A DNA stretch of 39,293 nt from assembly GCA_002633005.1 (NCBI GenBank), contig NMRA01000452.1, forward strand, positions 328,021 through 367,313. Reading direction: 5' to 3'. Shown here piece after piece: positions 24,176 to 38,268 of this stretch. Origin of the DNA: Phoronis australis (Eukaryota; Animalia; Phoronida). A program made the translations under genes and the position numbers. The notes beneath the pieces are model-generated. The model ran no database searches and was not told where the DNA came from. It saw only the letters and a list, made by a program, of their open reading frames with translations. Position 1 is the stretch's first letter. Each line of letters begins with the position of its first letter.

Positions 24176-25882
24176 CGGAAGTAACCTACAATCTATGGGA
24201 GAGTATTGCAGCACAACTAACTGGTAATATTACCGGCGTGAATTGTTGATTTGTAAAAAAAATGCAAAACAACGATTTTGTTGTTATGTGGCTCTGATCA
24301 GGGGCAGTAACTTCAAGAATTCCATACTATTCAACAATAATTCCAAATGCGTGTTTCGTCAGTTAAACCAATAATAACCCTAGGAAACTTTTCGAAACTG
24401 AGCCTCGTCAAGCAGTTAAAACCACAAATTTGTTCTTATAAACTAATGCAAATACTTCTGAAATTGCTGGTATCCCAAAACATGGTAAGGTGCATTATGG
24501 GACATATTTTTATCAGGGTAAAAGGCATCAATTTATTTTCCTTTTGAACCAGTTAAACAGGGCAAATTGCAGCTTTTAACTATAGTTCTGTCAAATTTTT
24601 GAGATTTTTTCTTAAAGCACAGTTAGGTTCCTGTTTGTTTTTCTCCATTCTAAAAAAGTAATTATTCATAAAACATCTCAAAAACAATTTCACTTCATAA
24701 GTTTTACATATAAAACAGCATAAAAACGACAACCTAAAATACAGCACGGTGGAAGTGGAATACGATGTTCACTTATTAAAGGAATAAAATTTGTCTTGAT
24801 TCGCTTGTGTTTTCTGAGCGACATTCATGTTACATGGCACAGTGATTTACCAAAAAATGGTTATCGAGAACTTCTTTGTCTGTATTACCAAAGCGATTTT
24901 CCATCCAGAAAAGTTTTCTGGGTGGCTCATTCGGAAGAAAATAGTGGGATTCTTTCGGAAACATTTATTGTTTACCCCAGCGTCCTCGTTGAGCAGTGGG
25001 CTTTAATGTAAAAGACTAGAATAAGACATATAAGAATATTCAAATCAGTGCTGTTGGCGTCCGAAGCGGTGATTCGTTGACATTTACTACGAAAGTCAAC
25101 ACCAGCGGGTACACTCCTCAGCTGATTAGAACGACGTCTTTCGTGAAAACGGTTCGTTTATTTATAGATTGTAACCTTCGTTGACTTGAAACACCAGTCG
25201 TGTTCATATTAACCATAGAGTAGGTCGCCTCTATTGACATTCGGTGAGTTTAAATTATCATAAGGGCCATTTTAAGGACTATAAATGAATAGAATAATAT
25301 ATTTTTGCTAAATTTTCTATACATTTGTATTAATTGTGAAATATAAAAAGATCCCGAAAAACCCGCGTGTGGGTATTTCCGGTCTTTGTTTCTTCCTTGT
25401 TGGTGAGGCTCTTACGAAAATTCCGGTTCGTCGCCGGGATAGCTTTCCGTGGACTAAATTTCTGCCGAGAAAAATGAGATCACGAAGTGATGTTGCTTCA
25501 CAGTAAATGTGCAACGCTGCTCTAATGCTACAGAATGTACACTTATCTTTGTATTCTGTTGCTTAAGTTTTTGTATGACCCTAGAAAAATGTCCATATTT
25601 GGCTAATTTCGGAACATTATATCTCAAGGAACGACTAAATGGCTCTATGCGAAACTTTCAGACGTTTTGCTTTGAACATGCATTGTTTGCTGTTGGGGGA
25701 TATAACTGGAAACGGTGGAGCGACGAGTGCCGATCTACTTAATATCTGAACTGTCGAATGTTTGTAGCCGATAAACCATTTGCAGCATTGTGTACTTTTT
25801 CACTCGTTCGTATCGCATACGAGAGAACCATGGTGACAACTGATAGAAAGACTGAGTTAAGCGCTAAATATAAAATGCAAAT

Positions 25883-26854
25883 CTACAAACTTACATCTAC
25901 ATTAGCTTCCGTCGTCATCTGTTTTGCTTCACCGTATTTGCTGGCTTGTGCTAGGATTTCTCCCACATCTGTCTTAAAGGCAAGAAGAACATCTCGCCCT
26001 TGGTGATGATCTTCTAATTCTGGAATGTGGAAGAGCAACCGTTCTTTCAGTAGGGTAGCATGTGTGTCGGGTGATTCGATTCCTAGCTGCTCCAGCCTCT
26101 TCCTGTACAGACAAAACAAGTCTACAAGTCGGAAAACCGGTGGATCTGAACCATCACTTGCAGTTTTCACCTCAGTAATGTATGTCACGAGTTCCGAAAA
26201 AGTCATCGGATAAGCATTCTTTGTTTGGAGAGTCCCTTCTTCTTTCTTATGCTTTTGAGCATTCAGAAATGCCCTTTCTCTGTTGTACAGAGCTAACAAG
26301 CATGCTGGATGATATTTTACTTCCTGTGCGATGACATCTCCGGCACTAAGTTTTGCTAGGAGCTTACCATCATTGAGAGTCTTGGCACATTCATTGATAG
26401 TGTGGTTCAATGTCAAGGTCATAGCTTGTCTCAGGGTTTCCCCTTCCTCCTCAAACAAGAAGCATTCGGTAGTCTTGGGGTCTATGATTCTCCTTGGTAC
26501 TTTGCTGTAGTTGCTACTGTCACTAATGTATGATACAAGGGCTGATGATCTTTTTTCAGCTCGCTGCAGGTTCGTATTGCAGAAGAGCCACCTGCAGCTG
26601 GAATGGTACTGGGCATTGTTCTTTCTCAAAGTGTTCTCTATCCCGCTGCCATCGTCAAGTCTTGCGGGATCCAGATGTATTGGCAATTCATTGAGAGAAT
26701 GAAATTGAGGGTTATTCGCCCCTAACTGGCTGTATCCGCAATCTTGCCGTTTCGAAGGATTTGAAAGTGGAGACGTGAGATATTCCTTCATGTCCGTTTG
26801 ACAAAGACAACATTTGTCCAAGTTGGTGCGCCAAAGTGTTTTACTGGAAGCCAT
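25883..26854 (-). pseudogene. N-terminal part of an Academ-like transposase, truncated
   Basis: 323-aa ORF with CCLCQ, RLDDGSGIENTL..NNAQYHSSCR, LLAKLSAGDVIAQEVKYHPACLLALYNR and VFRL.DL..LY..RLEQLG....HAT.LKERLL. No catalytic core follows. Confidence 0.65.
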
Positions 26855-27929
26855 TGTTATTTTTACGATACGCAGGGTCGAGGATTTATCCTTTTACCAC
26901 CCTGTGTCCCGGGCACTTTACTGTATGGGATACGACTAGGTTCATGCATTTTGCCCTACTCCTAGCCCGACCGTTCATCCAACGCCATTTAAGTCCCTAC
27001 CGATCTGTACACCATCCGGATAACTATGAACCCCATTGTCTTTGGCTCAGCTTTCCCGCACTGCCACATCCTGTCAATTCAAGTGCGACTGCTTAACTGA
27101 TGGGGTAGATTAAGCAGCATTTGGGACACTAAACAGGTATATCTAATAAAAATTCCTCTTCAGTTGACATTGAGCCCCATGCTGAGTTTCACAGCAGTAA
27201 TTGTCACCAGTGTGCCCTGGCAGTGCCAGACAATTACTCACCAGACATTGTCTTCAAGTCATGGCCCGTCATCTTCATGTTCAGTATTTTTAGAGGTAGA
27301 CATACTTTAATTCACACACACACGGAGCTTTTGTGTGTTACTCTCACTTACGTTTTGCCCGCGAGCCAACGCGGTGTCCCGGGGTGTGGCCGTTGCTGCA
27401 CACCAGCAACTCCTTGGAGCCATAAGTGAGAGTTGGCAATAGAGGTGAGGACCAGTGTCAGAAGTCCATCCTGCTTAAACAAAGGTACTACCTCTACCAC
27501 TGCACCCGTACACACTATGCATAATTTATGTTCAGCTATTGATAAAAGACAAATGGATCATGACCAAAGCATTCGACCAGACAAAAATCATATAAACTGA
27601 CCGAATTAAAGTGTATAAGTGCCTATGTCCTGACAATATATACAATTGAGAGTGTTCACAATATCCAAAATGATTTAAGCATACCCAAAACTATAATATT
27701 TGATACCAAGATCGCTAAAATCGGTTTGGTAGATACTGATTTACAAGGAAAATCATTATCGCGAACACTGGATGGCGGCCATCTTGAAAAATGGCTGCCA
27801 TCTTGGATTTTCAGATGGTTAGTCGGACAGATCTCTTATGTATGCTATTATGCGTCATCATGGAAAATTTGGTGCTTGTATCATCATTTGCGTGATTCTG
27901 GTGCATATTTGCACTTATCTGCCCAGCTA
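25925..27929 (-). mobile_element. 5' part of a truncated Academ-like DNA transposon
   Basis: Minus-strand terminus TAGCTGGGCAGATAAGTGC at 27929 with GGCGGCCATCTTG-type subterminal motifs, followed by the transposase N-terminal ORF, which appears to break off near 25925. Confidence 0.6.
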
Positions 27930-28169
27930 TATGGGCTATAGTCAGGTGAACACCTAATGAGCTCGTGAGCAAGACAGCGCGTGCTACACGGTCCGCCATA
28001 TCGGTAAAGAGAAGAAATGTAAACAAAAGCGCGCTCCCGTTATGGCAGCTGGCAAATATCCAGAATATTTGAAATTTCCAATGCTGGAAAGCTTGTAAAA
28101 TATTTGCTAACACAAGGCAATGTAAACCTGTGGCAGGTTCACTGCTTAGACAAGAACATATAAGTCAGT

Positions 28170-31100
28170 GCACAAACAAAATTCCCAATGCTTTGACTGG
28201 AATTTTCGGTTGCTACGTTCTGGGAGGTCAAACAATTTCATCTAATGTAGACAATTTTCGCAAATAAAACGCATACATGAGAGTCGAGGTAAGAGTTATT
28301 TTAGTGATACGCTCTATTTTATAACTCTTGTACTTGTCCCAGCACCAAATTTATTTTATCGTGGAGAACTAAAATTGAAACGATTGTTCCATATACCCTG
28401 TTGTCAAAACCTCAGTAATTGAGAAGCATGTACATAGGGGAATCCTGAATTTTAAAGTGTCCGCAATATTACATGATATACCAATCAAGGCACCCGTTCG
28501 ATACGAACATGGTGTGCAGAATCGCAGAATTTTCAGTCAATAAGAAACACAGGGTTCATTCCGTATAGGCAATCAGAAGAAGGATAACAAAAATATTCAA
28601 CAACAGAAACAACACAATGAGATGCACCATCTCAAACAATTGTGTTTCGATTATTTCAAAATATCCCCACCACACAGTAAAACACACACACGTGGGACAT
28701 GTCTAGCTGGAAAAGATTACTTCCCTGGTCGGATTGCAACCAACTCGAATTAAATCCCTCGATTCAGCTGGATCTGACACATTTCTGCTCCACAGGTGTA
28801 TGTCTTTTAACTGACAACACCTTGCCACAATAGAAATAGGACAAAAGTCAATGGGCAAACTGAACCCACACATTACTACAGTGTAAGTACCAGAAGACCA
28901 CCGCCTTACACCAACAGGACTGACTAGAAAAAATACGTTTTTTCCCTAAGACAGTTGCAAATTGGAATAGCTTGCCGGGCTACACAGTATCTGTCCCAAA
29001 TCTACAACAGCAAGCTACCTGCCTTCCAAAAGTAACTTTGTGAGGTGTACCATTTTTGGGGCACTCCTTCTTAATTCCTGCCCTATTCTCAATGACCTGG
29101 CTATATCAATCAATCTTCAAAGTAATGTCCACAACGCAATGACCTGGCTATATCAATCAACCTTCAAAGTGATGTCCAATACGCAAAAATATAATTTTTC
29201 AAAATCTTATAATCATTTTGTCTTTGTTTCTTCGTCGCTATACACTGCAAGGAAATATCGTGGAAAGAATATGTTAAAAAACTCTTAGAATGCAGATCAA
29301 ATTACAAGGCCTGAATGTTCCTATTAGATGAGCACATCCAGCCTAAAAACGGGGGCTCGAAATTTTGAGAATGCGGATATTTTACTAAATTTTACCGGAT
29401 ACGTTCAGAGCTATGAAATGTGCATTCGCAGAATTTTGGTATTTCCTTCCTTCTTGTGGACTGTAGTCTCGTTTCCTACTTTTTCGGAGATTTTGTTTCT
29501 CTGAGGCGGACATTTTGTCCACTTCGCCAAATGGGAGCTCCTTCGAGCTTCCCGAGTCCCCCATGCGCAAATGTATTAAACGACCTCAGAGAATAACACG
29601 TCGCTGTGTAATCAAGGCATTGGTAAATGATGCATTGTTGGCATGTTTTAAAGCTTCATGTGGGCGAGACCAACATAAAACTTGTCACAATTGTTACAGG
29701 TCAAAAGATAAGAAAGAAAGCTTTTAAACAATAACTGCCAACCTGTTAAATCCACTGTCAGCGCTGTTCTGTTGTTTGCAAGTGTAGGCTATAAAAAATG
29801 TTAGCAAACGGTGTACATAGTCAAACAGTCACACAAGAAGCAAAATAAATTTCCTGATGGCCCACCCGAACAAAGCTACTCGGGCTAGCCACGGTTAGAA
29901 TGAAGGGCATGGTTTCCTAACATAGACTGAAGGCGGCACAGCTGTATTTATTTCTTTCAATATGGAAGGTTAACGCTCGAACCCTTACCCAGCTGTCCTA
30001 GGGATCAAATGGAGTAGAATAATTGTTTCTGCGATCGCATTCTCCACCGCAAAATCAATTTTTAATCATTGCAAGGCCATAAAGTTACACCATTGGTTCT
30101 GGGTCCGAGGTCTAATCTTTCTAATGGAAATTGAATTTGAAATTGTTACTTATTTTTAACGTTTTCATGCTCAAAATAACTGTCAGACTCAATAATTCTG
30201 CGCTGAAGTAAGTTAAGTTTTTTGTGGATGACTGTCTAATAATACTTGTTTGCACTTAATGACCCTAGCATTAAAGCTATGAATTTGAATCCGAACTTTT
30301 GAGTTGCCTCGAGTCACAGCTCGAATCTTGGAGTCTCCAAGGGCAAATCAGGACTAGAAACTAACGTGCATAAAGTATTATGTACTCGATCATATTATTT
30401 TAATTTGTATTCAAAGCAGGGCAAAAGTGATAAGAATAAGTTTGAGTAAAATTTCAGGACAAAATTGCAGACGCCTGATTGTTTACAAAGCGAGCACCTC
30501 ACTTGTTAAAGAAAAACGATTTCGACCTATATCACCCGACATCAGACGATGTTGGAAGAAGGATAGTAACCTATTTCAGTTGGCTTTTTCTACTCGACAA
30601 CTAAACACTGGCACATCATCCCATCAGTTTTCAAAAGAACACAGATAAAAACAATACCATGTTTTGTTAGACCCAACAGTATGAATTCACTAGCTTTTGA
30701 ACAAACCGAGCTTGGCCAGCTTCTGTCACACATTACCAGTGTTGAATGTCTCAGTGTGCAACATGGGTCTTTCTAACTTTATTGTGAGGAGAATCGGTGG
30801 AGCTTCCAGCTACGATCTATAATTTACTAACTTGACACTTTCGTCAGAGTAAATGTTCGCAGAGTCGTGCATTCTTTTAGCTAATTTGTATTGCACGCAA
30901 AGGAACCGTGGTGATATCTTTCAAAGAGATAAACCACAGATATATAGTAGATACATGCACAAGACGGTTTATTTAACACTAAATACAAAACACAAATTGA
31001 AAACTGACACACCCTCTGATACCCACGTCATCGTCCTTCAATTACTTTAGTTTGGAGCAACTTTAAAATCACATCAGATGCATTTGATTGCTCCTAAATT

Positions 31101-32000
31101 TGCTAATGTCTAGAAGGAACTGAACGAAAATGCTATTTGAACATCATAACGTTAAGAAAAGTGCATTTGTATTCATCAACAATTTGTAAATGTGAAAACA
31201 AAAATTCTGCAAATACATGTAGCTGACCTTTGCACTACTGAGTATCATGTGGGGGATCACTTTGTCACGATGCTTACTGGGTATGGTTGAGGGATTTACT
31301 GCAGATCATTTCGACACAACTCGTTCTAAAAAACAGTTCGCAATTTTCAAGATACTTCATACACACATCGTAGTTTTATGTCATGTTTCTAACTAATTTA
31401 ACCAAGAAATCACAGAGATAAGGAATTAGCGTGCTTGTTTCTCTTAACATAGAACCCTAATAACTATAACTTAAAGAGATACTAAAACCCGGAATGCTAG
31501 GCTCAAACCATGTTTACGGCGAATAGCGGCTAGTGAATCTTTTCTTTGAACCCCTTTCAGTCGATGGTATTACCGTACCTAAATAGGAACCCTAACTCGC
31601 CACATTAGACAGGCTAAACAAAACTTCCACCTCAAATTTATGGTTTTAAAAGATGGCGCCACATGTATAATTGGACGTTATTAGCGAGAAAAGAAGTCTA
31701 AGGCTATGCTGGCGAAAATAAATTACAATCAATGAGAGAGTATTTCAGCACAAGTAACTGATGATATTACCGACAAGAATTGTTGATTTGTGATAAAATC
31801 GCAAAACAGCAAACTTTGTTGTTTTATACCTCTGGTCAAATGTAATAACTTCAAGAAGTCTATCTCATCCATCAATAATAATAACTTCAAGAAATCTATA
31901 CCATGCAACAGTTATTCCAAATGCGTGTTTCTTCCGTAAAACCCATAATAATCCTTCGCGTGGCCAAGCAATTAAAAACACAATTTTTTATGATAAACAA
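28170..32000 (+). repeat. Copy B of the segmental duplication
   Basis: Same blocks in the same order, e.g. GAATTAAATCCCTCGATTCAG, CATTGGTTCTGGGTCCGAGG, GAATTGTTGATTTGT. Confidence 0.75.
29091..29184 (+). repeat. 47-bp tandem duplication
   Basis: AATGACCTGGCTATATCAATCAA(T/C)CTTCAAAGT(A/G)ATGTCCA at 29091 and 29138. Confidence 0.9.
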
Positions 32001-32030
32001 ACAAATCTACTTCTTAAATTACTAAAGTGC

Positions 32031-32557
32031 TCGCATCCCAAATAGCTACTACAAAGTTTAAGAGAGGCAACTTATGTTGAACAGAATGCTGTTATCTTCG
32101 TAATCCTGTGATCTCATCCAGATCATCAGCCGTCGGAAGCAGGTTTGATTTCAAAACCTGGTACGTGGCCTCTCAGTAGCGAGTCGACAGTGGCTGGCTA
32201 TGTCACTGTCCATCAGAGGATGGCTTCCAGTTGCGCTGTTCTCGTCTCCACCACAACCAGCATAATGCCTGTTCCGCCACTTCACTAAATTGCCTGACTG
32301 TTTCGCATCCCAAAGCACAATAGCTACTACAAAGTTTAAGAGAGGCAACTTATATTGAACAGAATGTTGTAATCTTCATAATCCTGTGATCTCATCCAGA
32401 CCACCAGCATTCGGAAGCAGGTTTGATTCCAAAATCTGGTACGCGGCCTCTCAGTAGCGAGTCGACAGTGGCTGGCCACGTCAAAGGATGGCTTCCAGTT
32501 GCGCTGTTCTCGTCTCCATCACAACCAGCATAATGCCTGTTCCGCCACTTCACTAAA
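32031..32557 (-). repeat. ~270-bp tandem duplication, probably the 3' end of a Hero/R2-group non-LTR element
   Basis: Copies at ~32031-32289 and ~32303-32557. The minus strand reads SEVAEQALCWLWWRREQRNWKP, like the AE.AS.WLW.RR...W C-terminus of restriction-endonuclease-type LINEs. The duplication is clear; the family call is tentative. Confidence 0.6.
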
Positions 32558-32709
32558 GCGCCTCACTGTATTGCGATGTTACTTGGCAGTTATGTTGTTA
32601 GACGTCGATGAGCCGCTTGACCAGGGAATCATCTTGTTCTTGTTTCCACAGCTTTTTAGTCACGTGTTATCGGTCTCATTATTTCAGAAGTTTTGTGACT
32701 AAGATAGCA

Positions 32710-34700
32710 AGTAATGAAGTAAAGTAAGTAATTTTTATCATAGTGACGTGTTCAAATGAATTTAAACAATTAATACGTTACAAAACAGGATCACCCAGCC
32801 CTCCACTGGGCTTATAAGTCACTTAAGACACATGATAAAAAAAGAAAAAAGTGTACACTCATTGCAAGCGGACCAAAGAGAGAACACGGAGATAACAGTG
32901 ATCATGTATAAATATAATTTTTCCTTACTTCAAAAATATTTTTGATGAAAACTGAAGTTTTTCTGTTAACATCTTTTTGCATAATTGTACGAAATCATGT
33001 ATATTTAATCTCAACTTGACAATAAAAAGTGTTTCTGGCATCTAAGAAAAACGGACACTCAAACAGAAAATGTAGTTCAGTTTCGACCTGACCAGTGTGA
33101 CAAAGACAGCAAATTCTATCATCAAATTCTAGCGAACAAAAACGCCCAACCTCAAGCAATAGCTGTAGGGTTCCGCTTCTAATTTGAGCAAGAATTGACC
33201 TACTAGGCAGAGTTAAGTCTAAATGCACTTAAGGCTCAACTTCAAAAACATGCTTCATCAAAACATAGGTACTTAACTTTCCTTTCGAACGGCATCCAAA
33301 AAACAACCCATTACAAGCCAAATCATGCAAAATATTCTTACAGTGAGAGATAAAATGAACATAAGTCATGAACAAAACTTCAGAAGATCAATTATTAGTA
33401 CAGGTAGTGTAAATGCACAAAAGTCTATCTTCTTCGAATTTTAAAACACGATTCCACATTCTCAAAGGCTCAATTTTCCGGAGAATTCCCACCCCATGTC
33501 ACCCATAACAGCATGATTAGGATCGAGTTCGTGAACGCCCAAAAAATCGCACGGCTCTATTCTGAATGACATCATAGTCCTGTAAACTAGAATCCCCAAA
33601 GACACCAACACAATAATCTTTAACAGGTACAACGCATGCATTGGATAATGTAGTGAATGTTCTGTACCTCAAATATTTATTCTTTTTAAATTTATTAATT
33701 AAAGCGCCCAAAGTTCTTCCGGCGGATTCGGACAGAGTTTTAGCAGTTTTCAGAAAACTTTAAAAAGTTCATTTAAAATCATTCCTAAATATTTATAATT
33801 AGGTACATACTTTAGGTCCAGTCGACCCAACCGAAATGGATATAGACTAGGAGAGACATGCTTGGATCTGAAGTAAATAATATTAGTTTTTTCCTGATTG
33901 ACAATTAGCCTCCATTTAGAGCACCATTTGTCAACTATATTCAATAAACCCTGTAAATTTTCTTCGCTCTCGGCAAGTACAACTATATCATCCACATAAA
34001 ACAAAGATTAAACATTATCAACACCCATAAGAATTCCTAAATTTAACTGTTTTAATTCCGTTGCCAAATCATTTATAAATAGTGCAAAAAGAGTGGGTGA
34101 TGAAACATCTCTTGTTTGACCCCATAAGTTGTATCAAATAAGTCTGTAATGGTATTAATTTTGAACACAGGATTGACTTTCGGCATAGATATTTTTAACC
34201 GATTCATGAAGCTTTCTAACTATCTAGCATTTGAAAAAAGTAAACTATTTCTATCTACCCAGTCAAAAGCTTTTTGCATATCAATAAAACTCGCAAATAT
34301 TGATTTTTTTGGTATTCAATCGGTTACGTATAACCGAGGTCAAAACAAAGACGTGATCAACACATGCTCTGTCACGACGAAAGCCATTTTGCTCTTCAAC
34401 AAGGAGCCCGATTTCCTCCGCGTACTCAACCAGTCTATTTTGTTCAATGCACTACTATACAACTTGTATATGTTGGACAGCAAGCTAATTCCCCTATAAC
34501 TCAACGGGACGTGCGGGTCCTTCTCTGACCCCTTTGGAATTGGCATAATAAGGGATTTATCCCATAAACTAGGAACCATGCCGTAACGAAAACCATTTGG
34601 AACAAATAAGTCAAAAGGTCAATAGCGGTATCATTTTTACATACTTGGTTAATTCCTACTTCTTTATAATAATTAGATTTCATCACTGCCCGCGTTACTT
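32710..34700 (-). mobile_element. Degraded 5'-truncated non-LTR retrotransposon (reverse transcriptase, RTE-X-like)
   Basis: Frameshifted RT motifs PIPKG..DP.VPLSYRGISLLS, FIDMQKAFDWVDR, SPTLFALFINDL, YVDDIVVLAESEENLQ, YKYLG, and C-terminal LEVGRF..RICCLC..VETELHFLFECP. (TTAC)-like tail near 32710-32740. Confidence 0.88.
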
Positions 34701-35134
34701 AATCGCGAGTACTATTCTCATGAAAGTCTTCGTATTCTGCTGCTTTAAAGCAGCAAGTTATAAGACCATAGAAAAATGTCCATATTCGAATAACATCAGT
34801 CAGTTGTATTGAGAGGACAATTGTTTTTTTATGTTAGCCACTCTATTGTGCATTGACTCGTGGCACCACAGTCAATATTCCACACCGCACGTCACTTTAA
34901 CCCCTTCACATTCTTGAAGCATTTTTTCATCATGATACTCAACAACATTATGAGGCAAAATGTGTTTATCCTCGGGTCTGTTTTACTTTGACACGTTTAG
35001 CACTCCAAACGAGAAGAGTAAACTCAAATTCCAAAACTCATCATTCTTGAAATTCAACACATGCGAAGCAAAAAATCACCAAGGACAATCCAAAACAATA
35101 CTCAAGAATCTCCTGTTGAAGATAAACCGAACCA

Positions 35135-35262
35135 TTTATACATATGTACATAATGCATACAAACATACATACACATATATAGATATATAAATACATAAAT
35201 AAATAAATACATACTTTCACACACACAAACACACACACACATACATACACACACACCTACAT
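35135..35262. repeat. Compound (TA)/(CA)/(TACA) microsatellite
   Basis: Low-complexity tract read directly from the sequence. Confidence 0.85.
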
Positions 35263-38075
35263 AAACATTACAATATCCGCATTACTACGTGGCAATGAGC
35301 CACAGAGATTACAAAATCTGTCCCCTGCTGTATTAAACTGTTTTACACACAACGCTTCCCAGAGTACAAATATGCAGCGTACAATAAGACCACCCGAATC
35401 CAGAACCCAAAAAAGCTCAAGCCGGCGATCGTCTGCTCCGTAATGCAGCAGCACATAATGAAAAGATGCTGCCTGTTTACCACGATAAACTGAACTTGTG
35501 GCTTATAGAAATGTTCTAAAAATCAAAGTTTATTTACCCTCAACACACGATGCAGCTTTATATGACTCACACTCCATACTCGTCAACATGATACACGGCA
35601 AAGTTGACTTATCCTCATACAAGACTGAGATTTCAAGTCCTAAATAAGAGAATATGTGTATAATTACTTGTACTTCTACACCTGCACACTTTTTCTGCAC
35701 TTGGAACCTCACGTACTGACGTCGACTCCCTCTGCATCGTCCACATGAACTATTGGTGTAGAAGGACACGGTGTGAGTTTGACATTTTCCTCATCCTCAG
35801 AGGACTGAGCAATAGGCACTGAAAAAGGTCACGTATGGAGAGCCTTCCAAAAAAGTTTAAAATTTAGATACACAGCTGGTAATGTTTTATGTAAAATACA
35901 CAACTTCTGAACTTGACTAGAATGGCAGGTAAAAACAATGGTGGTTTTCCTTAATTAAATGTTGAGCTGTAGATAAAAGCTGAGGTTATGTTCATGGAGT
36001 GTAACAGCCATCCAAAAAGCCGGGAAAACCCGCCCTTGGCTTGACGCTGTAACAATGTAGTTTGAATTCAACCCGAAAAGAAGAAAATGAGGAATTAACG
36101 TAACAAAATATACGAGTCTATTTGTTGACGTGATTTACAAGTGAAATAAAATTGATGATAGACATATATACAAACAATAAAACGTGCTATACAAGCTTTA
36201 CTTCCAGAGAATGAAAAACAAAACAGTAAGTTGACGAAGCATAATCCATTTATTAAGATAACATTTTTCTACTGATACAAATGGCACGATGTGTTTATGA
36301 TAAAACAAATAAAGTAATAACGTGTGTGGACAATAAAAAGCAAGGTTGCCTCAGCGCAATGAGTGGACTCAGGTAACTTGTGTAAGAAAATTGAAAGAGA
36401 AAGTTAATTGAGACATGATTCCAAATATAAGAACTATAACCCGTGTTCACCACCGGTTGCCTGAAATTCAGTCCCCTGCAACGTCTTGTACTGCAGGTCC
36501 TGAAGAACAGCAGACTGTTAGTATCAACGTCGTCATCTCCGTCATCAACTTTGTTCTCATCACCTTCGCTTCTTTCAATTACATCGTTGTTCGTCTCCCT
36601 CTTTGTTTTCCTTTCCTTCGTCATCAACACCTCTCTCATTTATATCGTTGATTTTTTCAAGCTCCATCGACTCGTCATATGCCCGTGAGTCTTCAACTTC
36701 CTCAACACCTCCCTCCTCTTGCTCAGGCTGTCCTTCACTCTCCGTGAAATCAACTAGGGCCGAATCGTCTTCAAACGCGGCGTTATCTGCCCTCACGCAA
36801 AATGCGCACGTTTTTCTTCTAGTGTAGAATTTGCATAACTCGTTGCCCACGCTACATTAGAGAAGTTTATCAAAATTGCGCGTGCTGGTGGTGCTGACGT
36901 GTTCATGGAGATATGACTTGGAGAGTTGCAGAACAAAATCATTCAGAAAACATGTTTCGGTGGTCTCTCAGGTCCCAGGATCTAACCTCCGGACTCAAAC
37001 TAAACCAATTCTGTCACATTCAAGCCAGAACAACTATTCGAAAAGTGCCAGGGTGTCACCATTCTGGAGGTGAATTTTGACAGATTTTCTGTTTCGACCA
37101 AGTTCAAGGGTACACCGATTTACCAGACCAATTAGATTGAAATAAAAAATGACGCAATTTGTATGAACCACGAAAATGCGGATTGTGGGCATGATTTTTG
37201 TTTCAACGTTTGTTGTCGTGATTCGTGCCTATAGGCCCAATGATTCAAGCATATAATTTAGTGGTTTTGATGTTTGATTCGAAATTCATGTGTAAAATTG
37301 AAGCTTTTGGACCTAAACCCTGATGATTATCCAGGTAGCTGTACCAGACCAAGTCGTAAAATTTCCCGAAAAATTAAAGATATGACGTGGCTTACGTAAG
37401 TTTTAACAATCGTTCGTTTTATGAATATGAATTCGATGTAATCTCAACAAATGAACTGTCAACCGAAAAGTAAGATTCTTGGAAAATGTAAATGTTGATT
37501 AGGTGGTAAATTTTACCATTAATTCAGGTGAAATATTTGAAGCGGAACATCTATAATTAAATCTTTTGTAATTTATTACAATATTCAAAGGACGTTACAG
37601 ATCCGAGTGACTCATTTCAGATCGTATCAAAGGTGCAATTTCGCGAAAGTTGTACAACGTCAAAGAAATATTGATGACAATTTTTGAATTTTGATTAATC
37701 ACGTTTGAAGTTTTCAAATTTTTACCCTTTATGTTATGTCAATGTAGCAAATCCGTTTCTCTACGACCATACTAAAAATAACATTGTTTTGTATTAATAC
37801 TTTTGAGAAATGATATGTGAAAGAAAACCCTGAAAATGAAATATAAACCCAAAACCGCTCAGTAATGACCTCACAGAAAAATTCACACGAACCAAATTTA
37901 AAAGTTCAACATGAAGCAACAATAGTCTTGTGTAAAAGTCGTATTTATACATAAACATCGGATTCGTACTTCAAAACAAGATCAACTAACGGAGGCAAAT
38001 TTCATCTTGCCCCTGTCTCATCAAACACAAACTAAATAATCGTACACCATCAAACCGTATCTTAGTAGTTTAAAA

Positions 38076-38077
<2 letters not shown>

Positions 38078-38111
<34 letters not shown>
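38078..38111. repeat. (AT)n microsatellite
   Basis: About 17 perfect AT units. Confidence 0.95.
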
Positions 38112-38115
<4 letters not shown>

Positions 38116-38127
38116 ACATGGCGAATT

Positions 38128-38246
38128 CGTTATCCCCCGTATTCTGGAGCCCGAGTGGATTTTGGAGAATTATCGCCCGAGGGGCGTTAGCCCCAAGGTT
38201 GATAATTCTCCAAAATCCACGAGGGCTCTAGATAAGGGGGATAACG
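38128..38246. repeat. ~120-bp imperfect palindrome (hairpin, likely MITE-derived)
   Basis: CGTTATCCCCC..GAGCCC..GTGGATTTTGGAGAATTATC..GGGG pairs with CCCC..GATAATTCTCCAAAATCCAC..GGGCTC..GGGGGATAACG. Confidence 0.85.
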
Positions 38247-38268
38247 ACTGAGAACAACTTTTATGCAG

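Larger units (their letters stand above)
18860..24450 (+). repeat. Copy A of an old colinear non-coding segmental duplication
   Basis: Ordered matching blocks: 18866~28176, 19390~28246, 19720~28605, 19895~28747, 20070~30022, 20385~31005, 24190~31727. Confidence 0.75.

Noticed and set aside
35530-37080. Acidic minus-strand ORF pieces (36575-36850, 36295-36639) as a gene or transposase remnant
   Set aside because: The composition looks coding-like, but there are stops and frameshifts and no motif I can assign with confidence; needs a BLASTX search.
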